From Candidatus Woesearchaeota archaeon (GTDB lineage: Archaea; Nanobdellota; Nanobdellia; SCGC-AAA011-G17; JACPNG01), in the NCBI GenBank assembly GCA_016185615.1, contig JACPNE010000003.1:6265-70264 (forward strand): a stretch of DNA of 64,000 nt. The letters are read 5' to 3'. Made by a program: the position numbers and the translations under genes. Of the stretch, positions 63,158-64,000 are shown one piece after another. How positions within the stretch are numbered: the first letter of the stretch is position 1; each line of letters begins with the position of its first letter. The notes beneath the pieces were generated by a model that had not been told where the DNA came from, made no database searches, and saw nothing but the letters and a program-made list of their open reading frames with translations.

Positions 63158-64000
63158 AGACCTAATCCTTCTTTTAATGTATCGTTTATTTTTGGAATTG
63201 TAGAAGACGGGATTGCTAGTCTAATCTCCCTTGTTCTTCCGTATCTTCCCTTGCTTATCACCTTAGCATTTATTATTCCAAGCATATCTAATTCTGCTAT
63301 TATATCTGAAACCCTTCTCTGTGTTAATGGTTTTAATCCACAGCTTTGGCATGCATCTTTGTAAACTTCATAAATATCTCCCGTAAAGATTGGATGTCCA
63401 TTATTATTAGTATTTGAACAAACACTGAAAATTGAGTATAAAGTAAGTTTGAATTGTTTTGGTTGTGAGTTAACCTGTTCTAAAACCCTGTCTCTCTCTA
63501 TTTTATCTTCTGCCTCATCTATGTGCTCAACTTTTATTTTATTCTCATTTTTTCTCTCACTAATCTCTCCCGCAACCCTCAACAATTCTAGCGCTCTTCT
63601 AGCATCACCATGATCACGAGCGGCATATGCGGCACATTTCTCTATTACTCCTTCATCTATTACATCTTTTCTAAATGCTAATTTTGCTCTTTGTCTTAAT
63701 ATTCCTTGTAATTGCATTGCATTATATGGTGGGAAAACTAATTCTTCTTCACTTAAACTGCTTTTTACCCTCGGATCTATATTATCAACAAACAATAAGT
63801 CGTTGCTTATTCCTATCAAAGTAACCTCACTATTTGTCAATTCTGTATTTAATCTTGTTAGATTATATAATATTTCATCTCCTGTCTTATGAACAAGTTG
63901 ATCTATTTCGTCTAAGATTAAGATAAGTAATAATTTTTCTTTGTCTACTTGTTTAACAAATAGTTTGTATATCTCCTCTGTTGGCAATCCTGTTGCCGGA
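63154..64000 (-). CDS. cdc6: Orc1/Cdc6 replication initiator (N-terminus beyond window)
   Basis: The frame is open to the window end (..PATGLPTEEIYKLF..). Walker B LILDEIDQL, sensor-2 HGDARRALELLR, C-terminal winged helix. ATGA overlap with the DP1 start. Confidence 0.9.
   Translation of the reverse strand, partial: PATGLPTEEIYKLFVKQVDKEKLLLILILDEIDQLVHKTGDEILYNLTRLNTELTNSEVTLIGISNDLLFVDNIDPRVKSSLSEEELVFPPYNAMQLQGILRQRAKLAFRKDVIDEGVIEKCAAYAARDHGDARRALELLRVAGEISERKNENKIKVEHIDEAEDKIERDRVLEQVNSQPKQFKLTLYSIFSVCSNTNNNGHPIFTGDIYEVYKDACQSCGLKPLTQRRVSDIIAELDMLGIINAKVISKGRYGRTREIRLAIPSSTIPKINDTLKEGLGL

Noticed and set aside
1-64000. CRISPR arrays, rRNA genes, transposases/integrases, prophage or alternative genetic code
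   Set aside because: By eye there are no regularly spaced direct repeats, no rRNA-like GC-rich structured regions, and no integrase or transposase motifs next to the tRNAs. Conserved genes terminate normally at TAA/TAG/TGA, with no in-frame stops.

Overview
Strongly AT-rich, very gene-dense archaeal chromosome segment. The information-processing genes are clearly archaeal: RadA, RPA, PolD DP1/DP2, Cdc6/Orc1, PAN, aIF2-alpha, Nop10, S3Ae, S15, S27e, L44e, aEF-1beta, SRP54/FtsY, Bud32, TruD, TyrRS, EndoQ-like, and 4 tRNAs, two of them with canonical 37/38 introns. The compact style (many 4-nt ATGA start/stop overlaps, Hef split into two ORFs) is reminiscent of small DPANN-type genomes; this is inference only. 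No rRNA, CRISPR array, transposase or integrase was recognised. The standout is an envelope/surface system. A type-IV-pilus-like core (secretion ATPase 40047-42308 plus polytopic platform protein 37880-40045) is followed on the same strand (27.5-36.9 kb) by about a dozen genes with prepilin-like (class III signal, [KR]-G/A + hydrophobic) N-termini. These include three unlisted micro-ORFs of 35-46 aa. Two of the genes carry murein-hydrolase domains (SLT lytic transglycosylase and M23 peptidase), which is unexpected in an organism without murein. The core is flanked by a family of small polytopic membrane paralogues sharing an LENFG/LPFLLVFT-type motif. An A24 prepilin peptidase sits unlinked at 21.5 kb. 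Satellite loci with the same N-terminal signature lie at 1-3.5 kb (with a tiny RHH-like regulator and a tandem palindromic operator candidate), at 16.1-18.4 kb, and at 54.3-58.3 kb (coupled to a 1141-aa Cys-rich DNDCDG-repeat surface protein). All functional calls rest on motifs read by eye. No database search was run.
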